From assembly GCA_963700285.1 (NCBI GenBank), contig CAVOXA010000009.1, forward strand, positions 32,001 through 96,000: a stretch of DNA of 64,000 nucleotides, written 5' to 3'. The notes beneath the pieces are model-generated. The model did not search any database. It saw only the letters and a list, made by a program, of their open reading frames with translations, and was not told the origin of the DNA. The translations under genes were made by a program, and so were the position numbers. The DNA is from an uncultured Chloroflexia bacterium (GTDB lineage: Bacteria; Chloroflexota; Anaerolineae; JAAYZQ01). Shown here in pieces: positions 53,127 to 63,161 of this stretch. Numbering within the stretch: the stretch's first letter is position 1; the number at the start of each line of letters is the position of its first letter.

Positions 53127-53292
53127 GCAGCACGACCCGTTCGGAGTAGGCGCTTCAGCGCCGTGAAACGAGGGATCAATCGGCCCGGTAGCACGACCCG
53201 TTCGTAGTAGGCGCTTCAGCGCCGTAAGACGAGGGATCAATCGGCCCGGCAGCACGACCCGTTCGTAGTAGGCGCTTCAGCGCCGTGAAACG
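53127..53292. repeat. Tandem 61-bp repeat (2.7 copies) built on a GTAG REP
   Basis: Units start at 53127, 53188 and 53249; core GTAGGCGCTTCAGCGCC is the same as the REPs at 13.5 kb. Confidence 0.9.
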
Positions 53293-53302
53293 CGAGACCA
53301 AG

Positions 53303-54928
53303 ATGCCCAAACACCCGCTCTCCAACATAGACACAGCCTGGCTGCGTATGGAAGACCCCACCAACCTGATGATGATCACGGGCGTCATCGTCCTGGGCGC
53401 GCCGCTGGACTATGCGCGTTTGAGGGCGACCCTGGAACGCGACCTGCTGCGCTTTGACCGCTTCCGGCAGCGGATCGTCCGCTCCTGGCTGCCTGGAGGC
53501 CGGTACCGGTGGGTCGACGACCCCGATTTCGACATCGGCTATCACCTCCGGCGAGCTTCTCTCCCGCCGCCGGGCGACCAGGCCGCGCTCCAGGAGACGG
53601 CCAGCCTGCTGGCCAGTACCCAATTGGAGATGACCAGGCCCCCGTGGCAGCTGCACCTGGTGGAGCGCTACGGGAATGGCAGCGCGGTCATCTGCCGCTT
53701 GCATCACAGCATCGCCGACGGGCTGGCGCTGGTCCATGTGCTGCTGTCGCTGACCGAGCCCAATCCCGATGCGCCCTGGCCCGTTCTGGAGCCCCGGCCG
53801 GCGGCTCCAGACCACCGCGGGCGGCCTTGGCGTCCGCTTCGAAGGACCTATGCGGCTGCCGGCCGGTTATCCGGCCGGCTGCTGGACGAGGGCCGCGAGC
53901 TGCGGGCCAGCCCTTCCCGGGCCCTTGCGCCGGTGCGGATGGGGGTTGGGGGCGCGACCGCCTTTGGCAGGCTGCTCCTGCGCTGGCCGGATCCAAAGAC
54001 GGCGTTCAAGGGCGCGTTGGGCATTCCCAAGCGAGCCGCCTGGTCGGCGCCGCTGGCGCTTCAGGACGTCAAAGCAGTGGGCAAGGAACTGGAGGGCACC
54101 GTCAACGACGTGCTGCTGACGGCTATGGCCGGGGGTCTGCGGCGTTACCTGCTGGGTCGGGGCGAGGCGGTGGATGGGCTCGATTTCCGGGCCATCGTAC
54201 CCGTCAACCTGCGTCGACCCGGGACCGAGGAGGAGCTGGGCAACAAGTTTGGCCTGGTCTTTCTGGCGCTGCCCATTGGCATCCAGGATCCCGCCGCCCG
54301 CCTGCACGAACTCAAGCGGCGCATGGATGAGCTCAAGGGCTCGCTGGAGCCGCCTGTCACCTATGGCATTTTGAACGTGATCGGGGGGGCTCCTGCCAGC
54401 CTCCAGGATCTGGTCGTGGACATCTTTGAGACCAAGGGCACGGCCGTGATGACCAACGTCATCGGGCCGAAAGAGCAGCTCTATCTGGCCGGCGCGCCCC
54501 TTGAAGCGTTGATGTTCTGGGTGCCGCAGTCGGGCCGCCTAGGCCTGGGCGTCAGCATCCTGAGCTACGCGGACCGGGTCTGGCTGGGCGTCATCTCCGA
54601 CGAGGGCCTGGTGCCCGATCCGGAGACCATTGTCGCCGAGTTTCACACAGAATTTGACGAGCTGATGGCCACGGCTCGTGGGGGGAAAAGGATGACGACG
54701 ATCAAAGAGATGATGGCGATGCTCGACGGCGCGCTGGCGACCGTGGATACCATGCTGGAGGAACAGGCATCCGAGGTGGCAGCGACGCCTGAACCAGCCG
54801 CCGAGGAGAAGGAAGCGGCAGCGAAGCGCTGCGGGGCGCTGACCAAGGCCGGAAATCAGTGCAAGAACTATGCCCTGCCTGGTTCCGAATACTGCCGCAT
54901 GCACCAGGAGACGGTGAGCGCGGGCTGA
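53303..54928 (+). CDS. Wax ester synthase/diacylglycerol acyltransferase (WS/DGAT) with C-terminal CCCH module
   Basis: DTAWLRMEDPTNLM, PPWQLHLVE, HHSIADG catalytic motif, TVNDVLL, VPVNLR, TNVIGP. Confidence 0.93.
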   Translation: MPKHPLSNIDTAWLRMEDPTNLMMITGVIVLGAPLDYARLRATLERDLLRFDRFRQRIVRSWLPGGRYRWVDDPDFDIGYHLRRASLPPPGDQAALQETASLLASTQLEMTRPPWQLHLVERYGNGSAVICRLHHSIADGLALVHVLLSLTEPNPDAPWPVLEPRPAAPDHRGRPWRPLRRTYAAAGRLSGRLLDEGRELRASPSRALAPVRMGVGGATAFGRLLLRWPDPKTAFKGALGIPKRAAWSAPLALQDVKAVGKELEGTVNDVLLTAMAGGLRRYLLGRGEAVDGLDFRAIVPVNLRRPGTEEELGNKFGLVFLALPIGIQDPAARLHELKRRMDELKGSLEPPVTYGILNVIGGAPASLQDLVVDIFETKGTAVMTNVIGPKEQLYLAGAPLEALMFWVPQSGRLGLGVSILSYADRVWLGVISDEGLVPDPETIVAEFHTEFDELMATARGGKRMTTIKEMMAMLDGALATVDTMLEEQASEVAATPEPAAEEKEAAAKRCGALTKAGNQCKNYALPGSEYCRMHQETVSAG

Positions 54929-55579
54929 TTCGTTTCTGGTGCACAATCCCTACCGGGCCCAGCCTCAGAGCCAGCATCGTCCCCCGGACGCCTGCTCGAG
55001 GTAGTTTGGGTTTGGGTATCTGCTCTATCGACAACCGATTGCTCAACCGTTGTGCGTCTTTATGAACCTGTCGCCTGGGAAGCGGGACTACCAGCCGCTC
55101 AAGTCCTTGGCATTCCCGACGTGACAGGTTTCTTTTGTGTCCCCGTTGATGCCCCTTCGTGCCCCTCACGATTGACAACGGACAACCCAAGGTAGCCCTC
55201 AATCCAGTGCTCCGTCAATCGTGATGCGGGCCTGTCATTATTATGGGTCAGGGCCGTCTAGAAGCGACGAAACTCTGGGTCTGGTCGGTGAGGGTTGTTC
55301 ACCAATCCGTAATGGTATTGAAACACTTTCGCAACCCTGGGAGGATATCCTGTGTCCAGGGAAGGGGGGTCCAATGAAGAGAGCTAGGTCATCACTAGAA
55401 GCGTAGACTTGCCTGGGGGTACTCGCATTCCAGCCAACCATTGACGAGCGAAGGTATCCTCAGGCTGCTAGCCCCGACGCGCTCGCAGGCCTTGTCAGGC
55501 TACGCTGAAGGGTGGAATCAGGTCGGTGGGATGCAGGAATCACAAGAAATATGCGGCAAAAACTAAACGGAGGTGGAAA

Positions 55580-56086
55580 ATGCTCAAAAGAAGCACAGTC
55601 CTGGTGGTGGTTTTGGCTCTCGGCTTGCTCGTTGTTTCCAGCGTATCTGCTGGGCGGCCGACGGCGAATGGCTGGTACGAGGGTGAGGAGATCTACTATA
55701 TCGACCAGGGGGTAGAAGAAGGCGTCACAGAGCGCGGCAAAAATGAAATCTACCTGATCGGCGGGAATCGGCTATACCAGGCGCAGGTCGTGAAGTTTGT
55801 ACCGGGTGAGTCTGGCTATTCGCCGCATTGGAACGTCAACGTCGTCCATACTGCCGGGGGCGTAACGCTCGCCGACATCGTGGCTTCACCCTATGTCTCT
55901 GGCAGCTATCCAGAGGCTCTCTTTGACGATGTCCAAGACATCCTGGACGCCCAGGCAGCGGGCCTCGTCACGATTGACAGGCCCGGCGTCGTCGTTCTTT
56001 GTCCGATCATCTCGGAGAAAGGCGCAAATGCGCGCGGCCACGTGCCACTTTCGGAAGACTTTCCAGATTTCCCTGATACCTTCTAG
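55580..56086 (+). CDS. Small secreted protein (DUF7482-like)
   Basis: GGAGG RBS, signal peptide, GWYEG..IYY, YSPHWNVNVV, VVLCPI. Confidence 0.55.
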   Translation: MLKRSTVLVVVLALGLLVVSSVSAGRPTANGWYEGEEIYYIDQGVEEGVTERGKNEIYLIGGNRLYQAQVVKFVPGESGYSPHWNVNVVHTAGGVTLADIVASPYVSGSYPEALFDDVQDILDAQAAGLVTIDRPGVVVLCPIISEKGANARGHVPLSEDFPDFPDTF

Positions 56087-56285
56087 CACCGGCTGCCGCC
56101 GGACGAAGGGCAACAACTGACGGTACGAGAGAAAAAGATCTCAGAGATCTGCGAGCGCAATCCAGCACCAAAGCCTCAGCAGGGAGCACTCCCCGCTGAG
56201 GCTTGCTTCGTACTTGACCGCAGGTTGGCCTGCTTCGCCCCACTGTTCCTCGAAAGCTGCCGGTTGCGATTCAACCGGTGCCGCT

Positions 56286-57398
56286 TTACACCAGGAACAT
56301 CGCATCCCCAAAGGAGAAAAAGCGGTATCCCTCGTCGATGGCCGCCTGGTAGGCGGCCATGATCAGGCCCCGCCCGGCAAAGGCCGAGACCAGCATCAGC
56401 AGCGTGCTGCGGGGCAGGTGGAAATTCGTGATCATGGCCTCCACGACGCGGAAGGGGTAGCCCGGGTAGACGAACAGGTCGGTGGCCCCGCTGGTTGCCT
56501 GGACCGTCCGCCAGGCGCATACCCCTCCCTCGGGCGCGCAGCCGGTTGGGCCGGGGGCGGCCCCGCCTGTCGCGGCCGATTCCAGCGCCCGGACCGCCGT
56601 CGTGCCCACGGCCACCACGCGCCGACCCTCCAGACGGGCCTGGTTGACCTGGTTGGCCACGGGCGCGGTCAACTCGTACCACTCGGTGTGGATCTGGTGG
56701 TCCTCCACCCGCTCCTCCTTGACCGGGCGGAAGGTGTCCAGGCCAATGTGGAGCGTGACATAGGCCATCTCCACGCCCATCCGCCGCAGGTCCACCAACA
56801 GCTCGGGGGTGAAATGCAGTCCGGCCGTGGACGAAGCCACCGAGCCCTCTGTCCGGCCATAGACGGTCTGGTAGCGTTCCGAGTCGGCCAGCGGCTCGTG
56901 GATGTAGGGCGGCAGCGGCACCACGCCCAACTCGTCGAGTACGGCCTGGACCGGCTGCTCAAAATACACCAACCGTCCCCCGGATGCTGTCTTGGCCACG
57001 ATTTCCGCCGAAAAGCCTGACGATGAATGCCCGGCGCCTTGCCCCGGTTCCCCGGCATCGCCGGCCGCGTGCAGCTCGATGCGTGTCCCTGGTCTCAGCT
57101 TCTTGCCCCGGGCCAGGGCTTCCCAGGTGTGCTCGTCGCGTTGGGTCAGGAGGAGCAGCTCGACGGCGCCGCCAGTCCCGGCCTTGCGCCCAAAGAGCCT
57201 GGCCGGGATGACACGGGTCTGGTTGAGGACCAGCAGGTCGCCTGGCGCCAGGTACTCGCCGATGTCGCGAAAGACGCGGTGCTCGATCCGGCCCGTGCCG
57301 CGGTGGACGACCATCAGCCGTGAAGCGTCGCGGGGCTCGATGGGGGTCTGCGCGATGCGGTCTGGGGGCAGTTCGTAGAAAAAGTCGTCGGTCCTCAT
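56286..57398 (-). CDS. queA: S-adenosylmethionine:tRNA ribosyltransferase-isomerase
   Basis: IAQTP, NQTRVIPARL, PLPPYI, YQTVY, TAGLHFT, AVGTT, TNFHLPRSTLL, FSFGDAM. Confidence 0.95.
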   Translation of the reverse strand: MRTDDFFYELPPDRIAQTPIEPRDASRLMVVHRGTGRIEHRVFRDIGEYLAPGDLLVLNQTRVIPARLFGRKAGTGGAVELLLLTQRDEHTWEALARGKKLRPGTRIELHAAGDAGEPGQGAGHSSSGFSAEIVAKTASGGRLVYFEQPVQAVLDELGVVPLPPYIHEPLADSERYQTVYGRTEGSVASSTAGLHFTPELLVDLRRMGVEMAYVTLHIGLDTFRPVKEERVEDHQIHTEWYELTAPVANQVNQARLEGRRVVAVGTTAVRALESAATGGAAPGPTGCAPEGGVCAWRTVQATSGATDLFVYPGYPFRVVEAMITNFHLPRSTLLMLVSAFAGRGLIMAAYQAAIDEGYRFFSFGDAMFLV

Positions 57399-57409
57399 GC
57401 CCAAGCCTC

Positions 57410-57643
57410 TCATCGGTTCAACAGGCGGATGACGACGTTCAGCACGATGGTCAGTAGGATGCTCAACAGGATCATCGTCGCCAGGGGCGCATAGCAGGAC
57501 ACGGCCCGTCCCTCGAAACGCAGATCGCCAGGCAGTTGGCCCAGCGGCAGACTGGTCTTGCCCAGCAGCCACAGGAGCCCGCCGGCCAGAACCAGGACCA
57601 GTCCCACGACGACGATGCCTTTACCCAGAGAGGATAGATCCAT
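57410..57643 (-). CDS. DUF2905 family membrane protein
   Basis: GQLPGDL...YAPLATMILLSILLT. Confidence 0.85.
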   Translation of the reverse strand: MDLSSLGKGIVVVGLVLVLAGGLLWLLGKTSLPLGQLPGDLRFEGRAVSCYAPLATMILLSILLTIVLNVVIRLLNR

Positions 57644-57739
57644 ATGCTCTCAATCACCCGTGATGGCCGAAGGTCTCCCGGCCGAGCCCCCCCGGCTGCG
57701 GTCGGGAGACCTTGCCGAACAGGAGAACAGCAAGAGACC

Positions 57740-59149
57740 CTACAATACAGATCCTTGCATCGACCACGGACCGGTGTGCGTGATGCGCACATGGGCCAAC
57801 CGTCCGGTCCAATCCACATCGTCAACGTCAAAAAACACCAGCTTGTTGGTCCGGGTCCGGCCCCGCCACTTGCCCTTGTGCCGTCCTTCGACCAGCACCT
57901 CCACAGTCTGGTCCAGCAGCCGGGCATTGATTTCGGCCACGATCCGCTTCTGAAGATCATCGATGGCCTTGCGGCGGCGCTTCTTCTCCGCGGATGGGAC
58001 GTCGTCGGGCAGCCGTTCAGCGGGCGTGCCCGGCCGGGGAGAGTAGGCGGCGACGTGGACCATGTCGAAGCATAGTTCCTCCAGCAGCCGGTAGGTTGCC
58101 TCGAACTGGGCCCCGGTCTCGCCCGGGAAACCGACGATGGCGTCCGTGGCCAGGCCCAGCCCCGGCACGCCCGTCGAGCCAGGCGCTGCGGCCTTGACGG
58201 ACAGGGTCCGGCGGATCTGGCCCACCAGAAACCGGTACTGCTCGACGGTGTAGCCCCGGCTCATGCGCCGCAGCACAGTATCGTCCCCCGACTGGAGGGG
58301 AAGCTCGATGTGCTCGCATACCTTGGGCAACCGGGCAACGGCCTCGATAAGGCGGTCGGTCATGTCCGCCGGGTGGGAGGTCAGGAAGCGGATGCGCTCC
58401 AGCCCCTCCACCCCGTGGATCGCCTCCAGCAGGTCGGCCAGGTCTGGGGGCCGGCTTGTCCCATCGCCCCCCTTCTGGCCGGGGGCAGGGTTCAGAGCGG
58501 GAAGAGCCAGGGCGGGCAGGTCGTGGCCGTAGGAATCCACGTTCTGCCCTAGCAGGGTAACCTCTTTGACACCTCGCAGAGCCAGGCCCTGTACCTCGGC
58601 CAAGATCTCGCCCACGGGACGGCTCACCTCAGGTCCTCGCCGCAGCCGGACGATACAGTAGGTGCACAGGTGGTCACAGCCCTGGCTGATGGGGACTCCC
58701 GCGGCGACCGGTAGGCTGGCATCCGGGATCTGCGGGTCGGGTTCTGCTACCTGGGACCCGGCGGCCGAACCCCGGCAGCCGGCGTCGGGCCGCGGGCTGG
58801 CTGCTACCTGTTCCCTGGCCAGCTCCAAAACCGCGGAGATGTCGGATGGCTTGATGAATGCATCCACAAAGGGGTAGCGGTCCTGTAGGGCCGCGATCTC
58901 ATGAACATAACAACCCATCAGCGCCAGGCGGAGTTCCGGCCGGCGCCGCTTGAGGCCCTGGAGAGAGGTGAGCCGGCCCACCACCTTGTCCTCGGCGCTC
59001 TGGCGGACGACGCAGGTGTTGAGCAGGATCAGGTCGGCGTCTTGGGGCTGGCTGGTTTCACTGTAGCCCAGCGCCTCCAGTTCTTCTGCAGCCTGGCGAG
59101 AGTCCGAAAAGTTCATCTGGCAGCCGATGGTCCACAGATGGTAGTACAT
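57740..59149 (-). CDS. miaB: tRNA-2-methylthio-N6-dimethylallyladenosine synthase
   Basis: GCQMN, NTCVVR, CDHLCTYC radical SAM motif, LLGQNVDSY, RFLTSHP, IVGFPGET, TRAM domain. Confidence 0.93.
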   Translation of the reverse strand: MYYHLWTIGCQMNFSDSRQAAEELEALGYSETSQPQDADLILLNTCVVRQSAEDKVVGRLTSLQGLKRRRPELRLALMGCYVHEIAALQDRYPFVDAFIKPSDISAVLELAREQVAASPRPDAGCRGSAAGSQVAEPDPQIPDASLPVAAGVPISQGCDHLCTYCIVRLRRGPEVSRPVGEILAEVQGLALRGVKEVTLLGQNVDSYGHDLPALALPALNPAPGQKGGDGTSRPPDLADLLEAIHGVEGLERIRFLTSHPADMTDRLIEAVARLPKVCEHIELPLQSGDDTVLRRMSRGYTVEQYRFLVGQIRRTLSVKAAAPGSTGVPGLGLATDAIVGFPGETGAQFEATYRLLEELCFDMVHVAAYSPRPGTPAERLPDDVPSAEKKRRRKAIDDLQKRIVAEINARLLDQTVEVLVEGRHKGKWRGRTRTNKLVFFDVDDVDWTGRLAHVRITHTGPWSMQGSVL

Positions 59150-59152
59150 GGT

Positions 59153-59710
59153 TCAGCCGTTCCCAGGCGCGTTGACGGCTTCTGCAAGAGACGGCAGTTT
59201 AGCATCTTTCGGAGACAGGATAGGCTCGGCGATGGGCCAATGGATCCCAATGTCGGGATCATTCCACACAATGCCCCGATCAAGCTCTGGCGCATAGTCC
59301 GCAGTCACCTTGTATAGGACACTGGCTTCCTCGCTGAGCACGCAAAAGCCGTGGGCAAAGCCGGCCGGTACGTAGAGCATTTGGAAGTTTTTGGCAGAGA
59401 GCACCAGGCCGACCCATTGGCCAAAGGTTGGAGAGTCCTTGCGGATGTCTACGGCCGCGTCGTAGATCTCGCCCTTCAGTGCCATGACTAGCTTGCCCTG
59501 AGCCTTGGGGGGCTGCTGGTAATGCAGCCCTCGAAGTACCCCTCGGTGCGAGTGGGAGTAGTTGTCCTGAACAAACGCCGGGGTGATGCCATTGGCCGCA
59601 AACTCGGAGGTCTTGTACAGTTCCACAAAGAAACCGCGGTTGTCCGGGTGCGCCTCCGGCTGGATGAGCACAACGTCTGGTATGTTCTGTCGCTGGAATC
59701 GAAAAGGCAT
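59153..59710 (-). CDS. rfbC: dTDP-4-dehydrorhamnose 3,5-epimerase
   Basis: DNRGFF, FVQDN.S.S, VLRGLHYQ, VDIRKDSPTFG, GFAHGF. Confidence 0.95.
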   Translation of the reverse strand: MPFRFQRQNIPDVVLIQPEAHPDNRGFFVELYKTSEFAANGITPAFVQDNYSHSHRGVLRGLHYQQPPKAQGKLVMALKGEIYDAAVDIRKDSPTFGQWVGLVLSAKNFQMLYVPAGFAHGFCVLSEEASVLYKVTADYAPELDRGIVWNDPDIGIHWPIAEPILSPKDAKLPSLAEAVNAPGNG

Positions 59711-59761
59711 ATCTCCATCCTGATGGTTAGTGGCCGGGCCAAGGGCTGCAGCCGGCCAATC

Positions 59762-61144
59762 TTACAATCGCCGCAGGATCTCGCGGGCGGCGACCAGCCC
59801 CGAGGCGGATGCCTGTACCAGCCCGCGCGTCACGCCTGCCCCATCGCCCGCGGCAAAGAGATTGCGCACTTCTGTCTCCAGGTCAGGGGTCAGCTCGAGG
59901 CGTGACGAATAGAATTTGGCTTCCACGCCGTAGAGCAGCGTATGGCGCGAGGCGACGCCGGGCGCCACCTTGTCCAGGGCGTCGAGCATCTCCAGGAGGT
60001 TGACCACGTAGCGGTGTGGCAGTACAAGGTTCAGGTCGCCCGGGGTCGCCTCTTTCAACGTGGGCCGGGTGATGCACCTTTCCAGGCGCTGGTTGGTGGT
60101 GCGCCGGCCTGCGCGCAGATCTCCCAGACGCTGGACCATGATCCCGCCGGAGAGCAGGTTGGCCAGGCGGGCGATGTGCTTGCCGTAGGCAATGGGCTCC
60201 TTGAAAGGCTCGGTAAAGCTCTTGCTGACCAGCAGGGCAAAGTTGGTGTTCTCTGACCGCTGGTGGGCGTAGGAGTGGCCGTTCACCGTCATGACGTCGC
60301 CGGCCCACTCGGTGACGACCTCGCCATAGGGGCAGACGCAAAAGGTCCGTACCCGGTCGTCGAAGGAGCTCGAGAAATAGAGAAACTTGGGTTCGTAGAG
60401 CAGGTCGGTCAAGGGCTGCATGATATGGGCCGGCAGTTCAACGCGCACGCCAATGTCCACCGGGTTGATGCTCAGCCCGAGCTTGAGGTCGCGGGCGAGC
60501 TGCGTCAGCCAGTCGGCTCCCTCGCGCCCTGGGGCGACGATGACGTGGGGGGCGGTCAGCGTCTCTCCTCTGGCCGTCTCCACGCCGGAGACGGCTCCAT
60601 CTCTGGTCAGGATGTGGACCACATTGGTCCGGGTACGGACCTCAACTCCCCGGCCAACCAACTCCAGGTGCATGGCGCCCAGGATGTCCCCGCTCCGTTC
60701 AGTGCCAAGGTGCCGGATGGGGTAGTGCTGCAGTCGGAGTCCGGCCAGCGAGGCTTGGCGGGCCACTTTTTCGATCTGGTCCAGGTCGCCACTGTAGGGC
60801 TCGCCGTCGGCGCCAAAGTGAACCCACAGGGCGTCTACCTGCTCCACCAACTTCCTGGCCTCGTCCTCGCCTCGAATGTCGGCCAGCAGACCTCCAACTT
60901 GGGTCGTAAGGGTCAGTTTCCCGTCGCTAAAGGCGCCGGAGCCGCCCCAACCAGTCATCAGGGCACAGGTGGCGCACTGCATGCAGCGTCCCTTTTCGCG
61001 CGACGGACAGTGGCGCTGGTCCAGGGACGGTCCCTTGTCGAGCATTAGCACCCGGGCGCCCGGTGTCTGGGTCAGTTCCAGCGCGGCAAAGATCCCGGCT
61101 GGACCCGCCCCGACGATGATGACGTCATAATCTGGCTGGCTCAT
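59762..61144 (-). CDS. FAD-dependent oxidoreductase (COG2509-like)
   Basis: IVGAGPAG, Cys cluster, GGSGAFSDGKL, VRTFC, VNGHS, NTNFALL, GDGAGVTRGL. Confidence 0.85.
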   Translation of the reverse strand: MSQPDYDVIIVGAGPAGIFAALELTQTPGARVLMLDKGPSLDQRHCPSREKGRCMQCATCALMTGWGGSGAFSDGKLTLTTQVGGLLADIRGEDEARKLVEQVDALWVHFGADGEPYSGDLDQIEKVARQASLAGLRLQHYPIRHLGTERSGDILGAMHLELVGRGVEVRTRTNVVHILTRDGAVSGVETARGETLTAPHVIVAPGREGADWLTQLARDLKLGLSINPVDIGVRVELPAHIMQPLTDLLYEPKFLYFSSSFDDRVRTFCVCPYGEVVTEWAGDVMTVNGHSYAHQRSENTNFALLVSKSFTEPFKEPIAYGKHIARLANLLSGGIMVQRLGDLRAGRRTTNQRLERCITRPTLKEATPGDLNLVLPHRYVVNLLEMLDALDKVAPGVASRHTLLYGVEAKFYSSRLELTPDLETEVRNLFAAGDGAGVTRGLVQASASGLVAAREILRRL

Positions 61145-61249
61145 GATTCATCCTCCATCGCCAACAACGCTTAGATGCGGTGACTGCCGCGGACTTGGGC
61201 TTCCGAAACCTGTCGCCCAACAACCGGAAGGGCGAGGAAAGGCGCCAGA

Positions 61250-61960
61250 TCAGGCTGCCCCATTCGAGACGATGACCACGGTTGGCATCCACCTGGTCAA
61301 GTCGGCCCCTATCCTGCCCGCTGGCAGCACCGATTTCTCTAGCAACTCCCGCGCTTCGGCGCGGGTATAGCCGGCTCGCAGCGACTCATAGTAACCGCCG
61401 TAGCCCCAATAGCTGCCAAGGGGCAGGCTCACAAAGGGTATGCTGCCGTAGGCAAAGAGGCGCTGGGCCAGGGTCGCCTCGCGGCAAAGGTCAGCAATAT
61501 AATAGCGGCCGCCCGGCGCCAGCACGCGGGCGATCTCGTCCAGAATGCGTACAGGATCGACCCAATGGTGCAGCGCAAATGCGCTGACGACAAGGTCGAA
61601 ACTCCCGCTGGCAAAGGGCAGGCAATGCCCATCGGCCTGGGGCCAGAGCCCCCGCCCGTCTAGCCTTGACCGGAGAGCCCGGTCTCTGGCCAGCTCGACC
61701 ATGCGGGCTGCCAGATCCAGGCCGACTATCCGCAGAGCCGGACTCTTCCGCGCTATGGCCAGAGCCACGCTGCCTGGACCGGTACCCAGGTCGAGGCAAG
61801 TGCCTTGCGAAACGCCCAGAGCGAGGGCGCCTGCGACAAAGCGGCGATGGGCGGAGCGCATCAAGGGCAGCCGGCTAAGAAGGCTGTAGAACCGGGTGAC
61901 AGCACCGGACTCGATGGCCGAGATCTCGGACACGCGGGCGGACAGGCTCAGGTACTTCAT
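61250..61960 (-). CDS. Class I SAM-dependent methyltransferase
   Basis: LDLGTGPG, GLDL, LPFASGSFDLVVS, RVLAPGG. Confidence 0.9.
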   Translation of the reverse strand: MKYLSLSARVSEISAIESGAVTRFYSLLSRLPLMRSAHRRFVAGALALGVSQGTCLDLGTGPGSVALAIARKSPALRIVGLDLAARMVELARDRALRSRLDGRGLWPQADGHCLPFASGSFDLVVSAFALHHWVDPVRILDEIARVLAPGGRYYIADLCREATLAQRLFAYGSIPFVSLPLGSYWGYGGYYESLRAGYTRAEARELLEKSVLPAGRIGADLTRWMPTVVIVSNGAA

Positions 61961-62877
61961 TGCGGATTGAGGTAATACCTCCACGTCTGGGCCAGGCCCT
62001 CACGCAAGCTGACCTCTGCCCGCCAGTTCAAGTCGCGCTTGGCCTTGTCACAGTTCAGATAGGAATGGCGCACATCGCCCGGCCGGCGCGGCCCATGCTG
62101 TGGTGTCACTGAACGGCCACTGACCTCCAGGAGCGTGCCGTAGAGTGTGTTGACACTGGTACCGATTCCGGTCCCGATGTTGTAGGCGTGGCCTGCTCCG
62201 GCTTCCAGGGCCAATACATTGGCGCGGGCGCAATCGCCCACATAACAAAAGTCCCGCGTCTGCTCGCCATCCCAGTGGATCGTGGGCGTCGCGCCATCAA
62301 GGAAACTCTGGCAAAAGATAGCCACTACGCCAGCCTCGCCAAAGGGGTCCTGGCGCGGGCCATAGATGTTGGCATAACGGAGGCTGATCCATTGAAGACC
62401 ATGCTCGAGTCCATAGACCTGCACATAGCGCTCTCCAGTGTGCTTGCTCAGGGCGTAGGGCGAGACCGGCTTGGCCGGATGTTCTTCGTCCTCTGGCAGG
62501 TACTCCGGGTCACCGTACATGGCCCCACCTGAGGAGATATAAATGAACTTGCGAACCTGCGCCTGGCGAGCTGCCTCCAGAAGGTTGACAGTGCCGAGAA
62601 TGTTCTGGGCGGCGTCAAAGACAGGGCGGCGGACCGAAACCGATACACTGGCGTTGGCCGCGTGGTGGTTTACCACGTCTGGTCGCCCGGTCAGAAAAAG
62701 GTCAGCCAGCTCCGGGTCGTTGATGCTCATTTCTACAAGCTCGGCGGCTGGATTGATCCGCTCGCGCTTGCCGGTGCTGAGATCATCTACCACAGTTACC
62801 TGGTGACCGGCATTGATATAGGCATCGACAACATGGGAGCCGATAAAGCCGGCTCCACCTGTGACAATAACCCTCAT
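61957..62877 (-). CDS. UDP-glucose 4-epimerase-like SDR
   Basis: TGGAGFIGSH, SSGGAMYG, YALSK, LRYANIYGPRQ. Confidence 0.9.
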   Translation of the reverse strand: MRVIVTGGAGFIGSHVVDAYINAGHQVTVVDDLSTGKRERINPAAELVEMSINDPELADLFLTGRPDVVNHHAANASVSVSVRRPVFDAAQNILGTVNLLEAARQAQVRKFIYISSGGAMYGDPEYLPEDEEHPAKPVSPYALSKHTGERYVQVYGLEHGLQWISLRYANIYGPRQDPFGEAGVVAIFCQSFLDGATPTIHWDGEQTRDFCYVGDCARANVLALEAGAGHAYNIGTGIGTSVNTLYGTLLEVSGRSVTPQHGPRRPGDVRHSYLNCDKAKRDLNWRAEVSLREGLAQTWRYYLNPQ

Positions 62878-62994
62878 TGGTCTTGCTCCGCCTGATTTCT
62901 GTCTCCAGCTATTGTAGCACGGCTGTGGCAAAGGCTCAAGTTTGGCCGGCCGACGAATGCGTCAGATTATCGTGAACCACATCTATTTTCGGAC

Positions 62995-63042
62995 TTGACA
63001 GCGAACGAATGTTCTGGTATAATTATCCCGAACAAATGAGCT
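62995..63042 (+). promoter_or_regulatory. lexA promoter with LexA (Cheo-type) box between -35 and -10
   Basis: TTGACA (62995)-17 bp-TATAAT (63018); GAAC-GAAT-GTTC at 63003-63014; weaker second site at ~63030. Confidence 0.85.
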
Positions 63043-63161
63043 AATCGCGCCGTCAAACCGTGGTGCTGACCGGGAATCTCGTCGATATCTGTGTGACTGC
63101 ATCCGGATCTGCGACCAGAGCACTGACGGCACCGGTCCGACAGATGAAAGGAGACCGAACC

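Noticed and set aside
53127-53292. CRISPR array
   Set aside because: The sequences between the palindromes are near-identical rather than unique spacers, there are no cas genes, and the core is a dispersed REP.
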